From a bacterium (lineage in GTDB: Bacteria > Hinthialibacterota > Hinthialibacteria > Hinthialibacterales > Hinthialibacteraceae), in NCBI GenBank assembly GCA_963663405.2, contig CAXXSM010000142.1, positions 1-64,000 on the forward strand: a DNA stretch of 64,000 nucleotides, given 5' to 3'. Positions 20,308 to 33,938 of this stretch are shown here, piece by piece. A program made the translations under genes and the position numbers. Each line of letters opens with the position of its first letter. Within the stretch, counting starts at the first letter, position 1. Below the pieces are notes generated by a model. That model was given only the letters and a program-made list of their open reading frames with translations. It made no database searches and was not told where the DNA came from.

Positions 20308-21711
20308 ATGGATAAGTATTCTGTCCTCATCGCAGATGATGATATCTATGTCCGAAAGATATTGACTCGAATCTGCCAAAAACTCCAATGGTCAAGTGAT
20401 GAAGCGGCCAGTGGACAGGAAACAATAGAAAAAATTAATAGCGGATCATATCAGATTTATGTTCTTGATGTAAAGATGCCAAGGCCCTCCGGTGTCGAGT
20501 TAGCCAAAATCATATTAGAGAAGGATCCTACCGCCGCAGTGTTGATATTAACTGGCTTCGCCGAAGTGGAACATGCGGTAGGCGCGATTAAAAAGGGCGT
20601 TTTCGATTATATCCAAAAGGAGAATGTTGAAAATGAAGATCTTATGCGGATCTTGCATCGGGCCGCGGAATTTCATGACAATAGGAAACTACACATTCAG
20701 GCGCAAGAGGAGCGGGAGCAAGCGTTAAGGGATATCGAAAAATCCAACAAGGAATTTCAGTCTATTTTGGAATTGAGCAGTGATCTGATTTTTATTGTCA
20801 ATGCGAAAACCGGCGAATTCACAGATTGCAATAAAGCGGCTTGCTCTCGACTTGGGTATAACCGGTCCGAACTGTTATCTCTTTCACTGTGTGATGTGAT
20901 TACAGACTTTCAATATATCGAGTGGGATCAAACTATCCAGTCAATCTGTAAACAAGCAGGAAAGGCCATTGAAAAAGAAATCATTACGAAAACAAAACAG
21001 ATATTTACCGCTGATTTGACGTGCGCCTATGTATGTCTGAACACAGGAGAATATTTAGCCATTATCGCGCGAGATATTACGGATCGTAAGCGCGCTGAAC
21101 GAGAAATCGAAACGCAGCGAAAGAAAGTTGAAAACCAAGCGACAATTCTTCAAATGATCATCGAGAGCCTCGATGAAGGTATCTTGTTGGCGGATTCAAA
21201 TGGAGTGATCACAGAAGTGAACAGTTGGTTTATTAATCTGACCCGGACACCGAAAGAATTTTTAATCCAACAATCCGCCGGTAAGATCCTTCGGCAAGTG
21301 ACACAATTCGATATTGAGAACGTATTCAATGATTATAAAAGTAGAGTGAACACAAAAAAAGTTTGTCAATATTTCGATTTCAATGACCAGCGGTTTTTGA
21401 TTACCACGCAACCGATCTTTAAACAGGAAGAATACCAAGGCGTAATCATCCACCTCGTTGATATTTCAAACCTCGTATCGGATCAAAAGCGCGCCGAAAT
21501 AGAACTGCAAAACAACCGTAATAATCTTGTGGATGTAACCAAAGATCTACAAACGCCGCTGGATGGCATCGTTGCGATCGCCTCTCAACTCTCAGAAACA
21601 CCTCTCGATGAATCACAACAATTGCTTGTGAAAATGATCCAAGAATTCTCGTATTCTCTTTCTCAATTATTAAAAGGCTGCGCGGCAGGCGTCACGAAAA
21701 ATATACAGTAG
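20308..21711 (+). CDS. REC-PAS-PAS protein ending in a degenerate HisKA (DHp) domain with no ATPase domain
   Basis: REC (IADDD, LDVKMP), two PAS domains, then VTKDLQTPLDGIVAIASQLSETPLDESQ with Lys at the His position; stop follows. RBS GAGGTG before ATG 20308. Confidence 0.85.
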   Translation: MDKYSVLIADDDIYVRKILTRICQKLQWSSDEAASGQETIEKINSGSYQIYVLDVKMPRPSGVELAKIILEKDPTAAVLILTGFAEVEHAVGAIKKGVFDYIQKENVENEDLMRILHRAAEFHDNRKLHIQAQEEREQALRDIEKSNKEFQSILELSSDLIFIVNAKTGEFTDCNKAACSRLGYNRSELLSLSLCDVITDFQYIEWDQTIQSICKQAGKAIEKEIITKTKQIFTADLTCAYVCLNTGEYLAIIARDITDRKRAEREIETQRKKVENQATILQMIIESLDEGILLADSNGVITEVNSWFINLTRTPKEFLIQQSAGKILRQVTQFDIENVFNDYKSRVNTKKVCQYFDFNDQRFLITTQPIFKQEEYQGVIIHLVDISNLVSDQKRAEIELQNNRNNLVDVTKDLQTPLDGIVAIASQLSETPLDESQQLLVKMIQEFSYSLSQLLKGCAAGVTKNIQ

Positions 21712-21723
21712 AGGAACTAACCT

Positions 21724-23127
21724 ATGGAATCGGGTACCTATCGTGTACTGATTGCGGATGATGAACGCCCCATCCGGAAAATAATTGAACGGATCTGCGC
21801 GGAATTAGGATGGAGTATGGATCAAACCGCCTGTGGAAATGAAGCGTTAGACTATTTGGATAAAACATATCATCAAATCTATATTGTCGATGTACGTATG
21901 CCTGGTCCTTCAGGACTCGAATTGGCTCAAAAAATTTTAGATCGAAATCCTTTCGCGGCCATTATAATATTGACGGGATACGCGGAACTTGATCAAGCCG
22001 TGCAATCATTGAAACAAGGCGTATTTGATTACGTGCAGAAAGATAGTATCGATACGGAGGAAATTAAGACACTCTTACAAAAAGCGGCGCAATTCTATGA
22101 AAACCGGAAATACACAAATCAAAGAACGAAGGAACGGGAAAAAATATTTCATGATATTGATACGGCTAACAAACAGTTTCAAGCTATCCTAGAGCTGAGT
22201 AGTGATCTGATCTTTATTCTGAAAGCCGATGATGGACAAATTGTTGATTGTAATGCGGCGGTTTCCGAGAAATTGCAATACGCTAGATCCGTGTTATTTA
22301 AGAAGAACTGGCAGAATATTTGTTCTAAAATGACATCCACGAATTTGGAACGATTAATTCTAGAGATTCGTTCGAAAGGTTCTCTCGTAGTGGAATCATC
22401 TCTTACAAAAAAAAATGGAGATACGATACCTGTGGAAATATCATACGCATATGTTAGCCTTGATACGGGAAATTTTACCGCGGCTATCGCAAGGGATGTT
22501 ACGGAAAGAAAACAACATGAAGCCATTCATCAGGATTATCTCAAACAGTTGGAAAGCGTTCTCATCAGCACGATCGAATCGATCGCACTCACGGTGGAAA
22601 AACGGGATCCCTACACAGCGGGTCATCAAAAAAAAGTTTCACTTTTAGCTCACCTAATTGGTCAATCGATCGGATTGCCAGATGAAAGAATCAAAGGTTT
22701 GCAATTTGGCGCGCTCGTCCATGATATTGGAAAAATAGTCATCCCCGCGGAAATATTGAGTAAACCTGGCCGGCTCTGTGAAGAGGAATTTAATCTGATT
22801 AAGATGCATCCAAACTTGGGATATGAAATCTTAAAAGACATTCCGTTCCCATGGCCGATCGCTCGGATGGTCCTGGAACATCACGAGCGTATCGATGGAA
22901 CGGGGTATCCCGTAGGGAAGAAAGGCGGTGAGATATTGCTCGAATCTAAAATTCTCGCTGTGGCGGATGTATTTGAAGCCATGGTCTCTCATCGTCCCTA
23001 TCGAGCGTCTCTTGGCGTGGAGTTTTCGATGCGGGAAATTAATAAACAAACAGGAAAAGCCTTCGAGCCAGAGATTGTAAGTGCGTTAAAATACATTCTT
23101 CAGGATGGATTTCAATTTGAAAGTTGA
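21724..23127 (+). CDS. REC-PAS-HD-GYP cyclic-dinucleotide phosphodiesterase
   Basis: KRDPYTAGHQ, HDIGK, HHERIDGTGYP, ADVFEAMVSHRPYR all intact. Confidence 0.93.
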   Translation: MESGTYRVLIADDERPIRKIIERICAELGWSMDQTACGNEALDYLDKTYHQIYIVDVRMPGPSGLELAQKILDRNPFAAIIILTGYAELDQAVQSLKQGVFDYVQKDSIDTEEIKTLLQKAAQFYENRKYTNQRTKEREKIFHDIDTANKQFQAILELSSDLIFILKADDGQIVDCNAAVSEKLQYARSVLFKKNWQNICSKMTSTNLERLILEIRSKGSLVVESSLTKKNGDTIPVEISYAYVSLDTGNFTAAIARDVTERKQHEAIHQDYLKQLESVLISTIESIALTVEKRDPYTAGHQKKVSLLAHLIGQSIGLPDERIKGLQFGALVHDIGKIVIPAEILSKPGRLCEEEFNLIKMHPNLGYEILKDIPFPWPIARMVLEHHERIDGTGYPVGKKGGEILLESKILAVADVFEAMVSHRPYRASLGVEFSMREINKQTGKAFEPEIVSALKYILQDGFQFES

Positions 23128-23736
23128 AAGTAATTTATTAATTTCTATATTTGTTAATCATATCTTGTACAATTTTCTGATGAATTCATATAAGCAGCCC
23201 CTCGATTATCGCTTAAATAGGGACTCATTGTCTTGTGTATTCTTCTAAAAAAATCATATTAATCATTCTCTTACTCTTCGTTGCATGGGAATGATTTTAC
23301 TTCATTGCACAATCAGAGGGAGCCAATGGTGACGTCAATCGGATGACTCTTCATCATGTATACTGAAAGAATCCAATCAGTGTTAAAGATGACCGTTCGT
23401 TTAAACTGTTTGTTTAATATCTGTCGATCCCAAATCATTTATGGATACACACCTTGAGATACCAGGACTGTGATCGTGTTTTTTTTTCTATTGGATTCTC
23501 TTACTGCATTGAGACAATCAAACTGGAAACAATGTAATCATTGAGAAACGAAGATGAAAATGAAGAATCCTAATATCGATTTTACGTTAGATCGTGTTAG
23601 CGCCAATCAATTGCATTTGATGTATCTTTGTTTATGGCGAATCCTGCGTTTTTTGTATAATCAGTGTTTTTTATGTTTTTATATTCATTGCTCCCTATAT
23701 TCCCCGTATAGGAGAAACACAAGAACATACCATTAG

Positions 23737-23838
23737 ATTTCTCACCATGGAATCCGGGAAGATGGAATAGAGTTTCTCAGCAAATCCGCTTCCCCCGATG
23801 AATTGGGCTAAAAAATTAGAGAAGTCTTAGATGGATAG
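23737..23838 (+). pseudogene. Relic C-terminus of a CckA-type receiver domain
   Basis: Reads ISHHGIREDGIEFLSKSASPDELG*KIREVLDG*, resembling the end of the 12704 kinase type, with an internal stop. Confidence 0.6.
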
Positions 23839-23886
23839 ATAGATTGCAAGCTGATTAGTTTATCAAACATTATAGGGTGAAAGACT

Positions 23887-27323
<3,437 letters not shown>

Positions 27324-27370
27324 GCCAATCCCCTTACATTCCCTTTATCGCAATTGTAGAGTAAGCGGTT

Positions 27371-28873
27371 ATGAAATTATTGATTGCTGATGATGATCGT
27401 TCAACCCGTATTCGTATGCGCCACATGATTGAAAAGTGGGGATACGATGTCATTGAAGCCGATAATGGAAAAACGGCGATTGATATATTGAATTCACCGG
27501 AGCCGCCTCGCCTCGCATTGTTGGATTGGATGATGCCGGAAATGGAGGGTGTAGAAGTTTGCATTGCTCTCGCTCAGGATAAGGAAAAACCACTGGTTTA
27601 TCGAATTCTCATTACGTCCAAACAAGAGAAAAAAGATATTGTTACCGCTCTAGATAGTGGCGCTCATGATTTCATCTCAAAACCTGTAGATAGCAATGAA
27701 CTTCGAAGTCGTATTGCGGTAGGAAAGAACCTAATCCAGGCGGAAGACAAACTCAAAGAAAGTCAAAGACAACTCTCGACATTAATGTCCAATCTGCCTG
27801 GAATGGCGTATCGGTGTCTATATGACAAAAACCGGACGATGGAATTTGTTAGTGATGGAGCGTTAACGCTGACAGGGATTCCCGCTGAAGAATGGAAGCA
27901 TGACAAGAAATTAAGTTTCTCTACTATCATTCATCCCGAAGACAGGAATTCCGTATGGGAAAAAATAGAAAAAGCAATTGGGCGGCAAAAACCGTATCAA
28001 TGTGTCTACCGGATACAGACACCGGAGAGTGCGCTTAAATGGGTGTGGGAACAAGGCCGAGGTATAGTTTATGGCGAACAAGAATCCTTCGCATTAGAAG
28101 GATTTATCACCGATATAACCGAGCGGAAACGATTAGAAGAAGCCTTGATTGAATCACAAAAAATGGAAGCGATTGCTAGGCTTGCTGGAGGGATCGCTCA
28201 TGATTTTAATAATTATTTTATGATTATTCGCTTCTATACGGAGAGTCTTTTACAATCCATTCCAGATGATTCAACCATGAAAGAAGAAATTATAACCATC
28301 CAAGAGATTGGACAGCGCGCCTCTTCTCTGTCAAAAAACCTTCTCGCTTTCAGTCAGAATCAGCCTCTCAAAACAGAAGAAATCAATATCCACGCGTTTA
28401 TTCCAAAACTAGAAAAAATGCTCTTACCTTTATTGTCCGAGAGTATAAAACTAGAGATTCACTCATCGGATACAACAGGAATTATTCAAGCCAATCCAGG
28501 TCAAATTGAACAAATCATTATGAACCTTGTGCTGAATGCTCGCGATGCGATTGATCGAGAAGGAACTATCTCCATTCGATCCGAGAATGGAGACAAAATA
28601 GAAAACAGTTTGGATTCACCAACGCTAGAGGGGCCTTGTGTTGAGATATCTGTCCAAGATACAGGAGCCGGGATTCCAAAAGAATCGCAAAAACAAATTT
28701 TTGAACCATTTTTTACAACTAAAAGCGCTGGAAATGAAACTGGATTAGGATTATCCATTGTCTACGGTATTGTGAAACAACTAGGTGGTTTCATCGGTTT
28801 TGAGACTGATATTGGGCATGGAACAGTGATAAAACTATCTCTCCCACGAATTATCCCTCAACAACCATCATAG
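27371..28873 (+). CDS. REC-PAS histidine kinase (CckA-like core, no C-terminal REC)
   Basis: LLDWMMPEMEG, PAS (NLPGMAYRC), LAGGIAHDFNN, NLVLNARDA, FEPFFTTK..GNETGLGL. Confidence 0.92.
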   Translation: MKLLIADDDRSTRIRMRHMIEKWGYDVIEADNGKTAIDILNSPEPPRLALLDWMMPEMEGVEVCIALAQDKEKPLVYRILITSKQEKKDIVTALDSGAHDFISKPVDSNELRSRIAVGKNLIQAEDKLKESQRQLSTLMSNLPGMAYRCLYDKNRTMEFVSDGALTLTGIPAEEWKHDKKLSFSTIIHPEDRNSVWEKIEKAIGRQKPYQCVYRIQTPESALKWVWEQGRGIVYGEQESFALEGFITDITERKRLEEALIESQKMEAIARLAGGIAHDFNNYFMIIRFYTESLLQSIPDDSTMKEEIITIQEIGQRASSLSKNLLAFSQNQPLKTEEINIHAFIPKLEKMLLPLLSESIKLEIHSSDTTGIIQANPGQIEQIIMNLVLNARDAIDREGTISIRSENGDKIENSLDSPTLEGPCVEISVQDTGAGIPKESQKQIFEPFFTTKSAGNETGLGLSIVYGIVKQLGGFIGFETDIGHGTVIKLSLPRIIPQQPS

Positions 28874-28934
28874 TTATTCTTTGTTAAAAAATTAATGGTT
28901 ATAACAATTATCCTAATTAACAAGGATACGGATC

Positions 28935-29324
28935 ATGGTTGACAAGAGTAAATTAAGGTCAAGAAGTATTCTTATCATTGACGATGACCGTGTCATACGG
29001 TTGGTATTGAGAAAAATTGTAACAAATCTTGGCATGAAGATAGTCGGTGAAGCAGGGACAGGAATTGATGGAGCTTATATGTATGATAAATATCATCCGG
29101 ATATTGTTTTGCTGGACGTTCAATTGCCCAAAGGTAATGGATTAACGATTCTCCGCCTGATCCATGAGATGAATCCAAAAGCGATTGTTGTAATGTTGAC
29201 CGGTGATACTTCTGAAGAGGTTATAAAAATCGCAATCAAACTAGGCGCATATGACTTTATATCGAAAAGAGCCGATGATCTTCCTGATCGCCTTGCTGAA
29301 TCCTTCATGAAAACTATCAAATAA
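28935..29324 (+). CDS. CheY-like single-domain response regulator
   Basis: ILIIDDD, VGEAGTG, LLDVQLPKGNG, MLTG, FISK. Confidence 0.9.
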   Translation: MVDKSKLRSRSILIIDDDRVIRLVLRKIVTNLGMKIVGEAGTGIDGAYMYDKYHPDIVLLDVQLPKGNGLTILRLIHEMNPKAIVVMLTGDTSEEVIKIAIKLGAYDFISKRADDLPDRLAESFMKTIK

Positions 29325-29341
29325 CAGATAGTATATTTTTC

Positions 29342-29735
29342 GTAACCTTTAAGTCTTCTTAAATAGCAGGCGGTGGAAATGGAGGAATCTGCTTCGTGCG
29401 GAGAACTGTTTTGAGAGCCTCCCCATCGGTTGTCACTGGATTATTCCCCCCGGCGTTTAGAATGCGATAGATCGTCATGAGAATCGATTGCGTTCGCGCG
29501 CCTCTTTCATTTTGGTTGCCCTGGATGACCTTGCGCATATCCACAACCGGGCGGATTTCCTGTTCCGCTTGATTATTCGTCGGTAGAACCTTGGGTCGGA
29601 CAAGGAAAACGAGTATTTCGTCCCAGTTTTTTTTTCAACCTTCGTGTTAACCGTTTGATATCAGGATCCGTCGACTCGATCAACATCAAATCGATCAGGC
29701 GCTTGTTCAAACGTTCGATTCGAGATGAGAACTGG
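29342..29735 (-). mobile_element. IS66-family remnant (3' end of transposase plus terminus)
   Basis: Minus strand reads RLTRRL/KKNWDEILVFL...PTNNQAEQEIRPVVDMRKVIQGNQNERGARTQSILMTIYR; ends in ...GGTTAC (GTAACC at 29342), an IS66-type terminus. Confidence 0.8.
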
Positions 29736-29901
29736 TTTTTTTTTCATCAAAATTGGGTATGAAAACCTCATCCATTCGAAATAATTCTCAAATAGCATCA
29801 GACATTTTGAAATCTTTCATCATGAGTTCTTGAATTTATCTAAATTGTTGATTTGATAAAATCAGATATCTCTATTCTTAAAGCATATTATTTAAATCAC
29901 A

Positions 29902-32602
29902 ATGAATTACGATCTTATCCTAACCCCCACCGGGCGCCTCCGTTTGAGGGAAGACGGAGAATTCAGTGAAGCGGAATCTGACGCCTGGATGAAGAGGATT
30001 GTGACCGCTTTTTCGTCCTCACAGGCTTCAGGCCTTTTCTCACTCGCCGCCTCAAAGCCGGACGCTCCTCCGCCATCATCATTTGCCTTCTGGCGGGATT
30101 TCGCCTGCCGTTACCTGACTCAACTTTGCCGTACACCCGAATTTGCTGGGCAGCAAATCGATCCGGTTGAACCGCCTTTTGAATCCGAACTGGAGAACAT
30201 CAGGCTCATCGCGCCGCCTATGCAAGGGGGGGAATACCTTAACACCGATGTCTTGCGCGATCATTGGATTGATTTGGACTCGTGGGCGCGGGAAGAGATC
30301 GCCGCGTCCAAAGACGGTTTATCCGGATGGCTGAAAAAACGCGCGCCGCTTTGGCGCCAGGTCGGGCGTGTCTGTTTTCACCTCGCGGAGAACAAGCGCG
30401 ATCCTGAATTTCCTTTCGCGTTTCTAGCCACGTATGCGCCAAGCCTTTCCAAAGGAGGGCGCGTGCAGTACCAGCCGTTGGGTAAGGCGCTGCAGGAATA
30501 TGCGGGCGCCCGAAACAAGAAAGCGCTGATTAATTTGCTTTCACCCGTTCACCAAGCGTCGGAGAAGATTGAATTCGTCAAGGATTTGCTAGATTCCGGT
30601 GACATATTCCACCCTCTCGCATGGACTCCAGGCGACGCTTATCACTTTCTCAAGAACGTCTCCCTACTTGAAGAAAGCGGCCTCCTGGTTCGTCTCCCTG
30701 ACTGGTGGCGCAAACGCGCCCGTCCGCGTGTGACTGTAACCATCGGTGAACAAAAACAGAGCCGTTTCGGCGCCGACGCGATGTTGGACTTCAAAGTCGG
30801 ACTCGCCCTTGGAGACCACGAGATCACAGAAGAAGAATGGCGTCAGATCATGGAGTCGGGAGGACGGTCTTGCGTATGTAAAAGGCCAATGGATCGAGGT
30901 GGACCGGGAGAAACTGTCCAAGGCTCTCGAACATTGGAAACAAGTAGAGGCGAATGCGGCGGAGGAAGGGATCTCATTCATTGAGGGGATGCGGCTGCTG
31001 GCAGGCGCGCCCGCTGACCTTGCCGCCGATGGGCCTGGTGAAGAGGATCGTGAGTGGGCTTTTGTTGACGCGGGTGAATGGCTTTCCGATATTCTAGCGG
31101 GATTGCGCGATCCTAGTGGATTGACCTCCGGCGGGCGCGATAAGGATTTTAACGGTACACTTCGTCATTACCAGGAAACCGGGCGTAACTGGCTTTGGTT
31201 CCTGTCTAACCTTGGACTCGGAGCCTGCCTCGCCGATGACATGGGATTAGGGAAGACCATTCAAGTCCTATCGCTCCTGCTGGCTCTGAAGGAAGAGAAA
31301 AAGCCATCTGGAAAAGCGTCGCTTCTCGTGCTTCCGGCGTCGCTTCTGGCGAACTGGAAGGCCGAGATACAGCGATTCGCGCCAACGCTCAAGGCCGTTT
31401 TCATCCATCCTTCGGAAACAGACAAAGCGGCTCTTAACACTTTAGCGGGGAATCCGGGCAAAGGGCTGACGAACACCGATGTGGTTCTGACTACCTATGG
31501 GATGCTGCCAAGACAGAAATGGCTACTCGAGATGGAATGGCAGCTGGTTATTCTCGATGAAGCTCAGGCCATTAAGAATCCCTCCACACGTCAAACGAAA
31601 ACCGTCAAACAACTCAAAGCGAACGCGCGTATCGCTCTTACGGGCACGCCGGTAGAGAACCGGCTTTCCGATCTCTGGTCGCTATTTGATTTTCTCTGTC
31701 CAGGGCTTCTTGGTTCAACGGCCAGATTCAAAAAATTCGTGAATGGCTTGGAAGCGCGGGAGCATGACCGGTACGCGCCTCTCCGTAATTTGGTCCGGCC
31801 TTACGTGTTGCGGCGGCTCAAAACCGATAAGAGTATCATCTCAGACCTTCCCGACAAGACCGAAATGAAAGCGTTCTGCGGCCTGACAAAAAAACAGGCT
31901 GCGATGTACGCTAAGTCGGTCGCTGAACTCGCGGTGGCGCTTGAAGGACTCGATGGGATAAAACGGCGTGGGCTTGTGTTGGCTTTCTTGATGCGGTTCA
32001 AACAGATCTGCAATCATCCGAGCCAATTTCTTGGCGACGGCGCCTATGAGCCGGCTGACAGCGGTAAATTCGACCGGCTTATGACAATCTGTGAGGAGAT
32101 TAAATCCCGGCAGGAAAAAGTCCTCGTCTTCACCCAGTTTCGCGAAATGACCGAACCGATCGCCGCTTTTCTTAGTGACGTTTTCGGCCGGGAGGGCCTT
32201 GTATTGCATGGAGGAACAGCGGTAAAGAAACGCAGGACATTAATTGACCGATTCCAGAAAGAAGATGGGCCGCCGTTTTTCGTACTTTCCCTTAAAGCGG
32301 GTGGCACAGGCCTTAACCTTACCGCCGCGTCGCACGTGATCCATTTCGACCGGTGGTGGAATCCGGCGGTTGAAAATCAAGCGACCGACCGGGCGTTCCG
32401 TATCGGCCAACATCGGAACGTAGTCGTCCACAAGTTCATTTGTCAAGGAACAGTCGAAGAAAAAATCGACGCTCTGATCGAAGAGAAAACAAACTTAGCT
32501 GACGATATCTTAAAGGCTGGCGCCGAATCGATGCTGACTGAGATGAGCGATGAGGAATTGCTCAATATCGTGGCCTTGGATATCGATCGGACGAAATTAT
32601 AG
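29902..32602 (+). CDS. SNF2-family helicase/ATPase; joined across one frameshift (~30860)
   Basis: LRHYQ, LADDMGLGKT, ILDEAQAIKN, ALTGTPVENRL, SLKAGGTGLNLT, WNPAVENQATDRAFRIGQ. Removing one G of tcgggagg restores MESEDGLAYVKGQW. Confidence 0.93.
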
Positions 32603-32612
32603 GAGATCAAAG

Positions 32613-33731
32613 ATGAGCTGGTATGGTTATAAACCGTATGTGCCTGTGGCTGTCCGCCGCGCGCGCGCTCTAAAGAAGATGGAAAAACTCCGGAAGAAGG
32701 GAAAGGATATCCAACCCGTAGAGATTGAGGGAAGAACGATCGCTCGAACGTTTTGGGGGAAGGCTTGGTGCGATCACCTCGAATCGTTCAGCGACTACGA
32801 AAACCGATTGCCACGCGGCCGCACCTATGTCCGCAACGGATCTGTATGCCATCTTGATATCACTAAGGGGGAGATCAACGCCATGGTCAGCGGTTCCGAG
32901 ATCTATACAGTGAAAATCGCTATCAAGACGCTTCCCCAGAAAAAATGGAAAGGCGTAAAATCGCGTTGCGCTGGACAAGTTGGTTCGCTTCTCGAACTGC
33001 TCCAGGGCAAACTGTCCGAGAACGTGATGTCTGTTGTAACCGACCGTGAAAAGGGATTGTTTCCCCTGCCCGATGAGATCGGCCTGCAATGCAGCTGCCC
33101 CGATTGGGCCATTATGTGTAAGCATGTGGCGGCTGTGCTGTATGGGGTTGGAGCGCGGCTTGACGAAGCGCCGGAGTTACTTTTTCTTCTCCGGGGAGTA
33201 GACCAGGAAGAATTAATTGACGCCGAGGCCGGTGTGGCCGCCGCCACGGCGGGAACGAAAGGCAGACGCATCGCTGATGACGCTCTAGGAGATGTATTCG
33301 GCATCGAAATCTCTAAAGACGATGCGCCCGTCAAACCGAAACCGCAGCGATCCAGGAAGAAAACGACAGCCAAGTCAAAGAAAACCTCCAAAGAGCCAGC
33401 GAAACAGACCGCAAAACGCAAGGCGAAAGAAAGTAAGACTTCATCGCCGGTTAAGAAAAAAACTCCAATACGGAAAACGAAAACGAAAGAAACACCGCGC
33501 CCTTCTCGAAGCCCCCAGCCCGTAACCAGCGAAACCGTCGCCCAGCTACGCAAAAAGTACGGTATGTCTCAAGGCGAGCTCGCAAGGCTTCTCGGTGTAA
33601 GCGCATCTACGATCAGTAAGTGGGAAAAGAAGCCCGGAACGCTGAATCTGCAGGCGCGTGTACTCACCGCCTGGAACACAGTGAAAAGATTATCGAAGAA
33701 GAAAGCCTGGCAGAAATTGAATAGTACATGA
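32613..33731 (+). CDS. SWIM zinc-finger protein with Lys-rich linker and C-terminal XRE-type HTH
   Basis: TFWGKAWCDHLES..NRLPRGRTY, CSCPDWAIMCKHVAA (SWIM), K/T/P-rich spacer, LRKKYGMSQGELARLLGVSASTISKWE; RBS AGGAG. Confidence 0.9.
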   Translation: MSWYGYKPYVPVAVRRARALKKMEKLRKKGKDIQPVEIEGRTIARTFWGKAWCDHLESFSDYENRLPRGRTYVRNGSVCHLDITKGEINAMVSGSEIYTVKIAIKTLPQKKWKGVKSRCAGQVGSLLELLQGKLSENVMSVVTDREKGLFPLPDEIGLQCSCPDWAIMCKHVAAVLYGVGARLDEAPELLFLLRGVDQEELIDAEAGVAAATAGTKGRRIADDALGDVFGIEISKDDAPVKPKPQRSRKKTTAKSKKTSKEPAKQTAKRKAKESKTSSPVKKKTPIRKTKTKETPRPSRSPQPVTSETVAQLRKKYGMSQGELARLLGVSASTISKWEKKPGTLNLQARVLTAWNTVKRLSKKKAWQKLNST

Positions 33732-33938
33732 TGTGGGTGGATTCCAATCGAGAGATTTAACATCTTGTTCGATTGGTTCAATTTGTGGGTGCTGGTTTTG
33801 TTACATACTCGCACAATGTTATGTGTCGAATAGTTTGGCGTTGTTAAAGTAATGATTGAAGGAGATTCATTTCATTGGGAAAAGAAATAATGAGAGAAAT
33901 TCATTAGTACCGATAGTAATAATATTAAGGAGCTCATA

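Noticed and set aside
29902-33731. Calling the SNF2 locus DISARM, BREX or Zorya
   Set aside because: No methylase, DUF1998, PglZ or MotA/B-like partner genes in the window.
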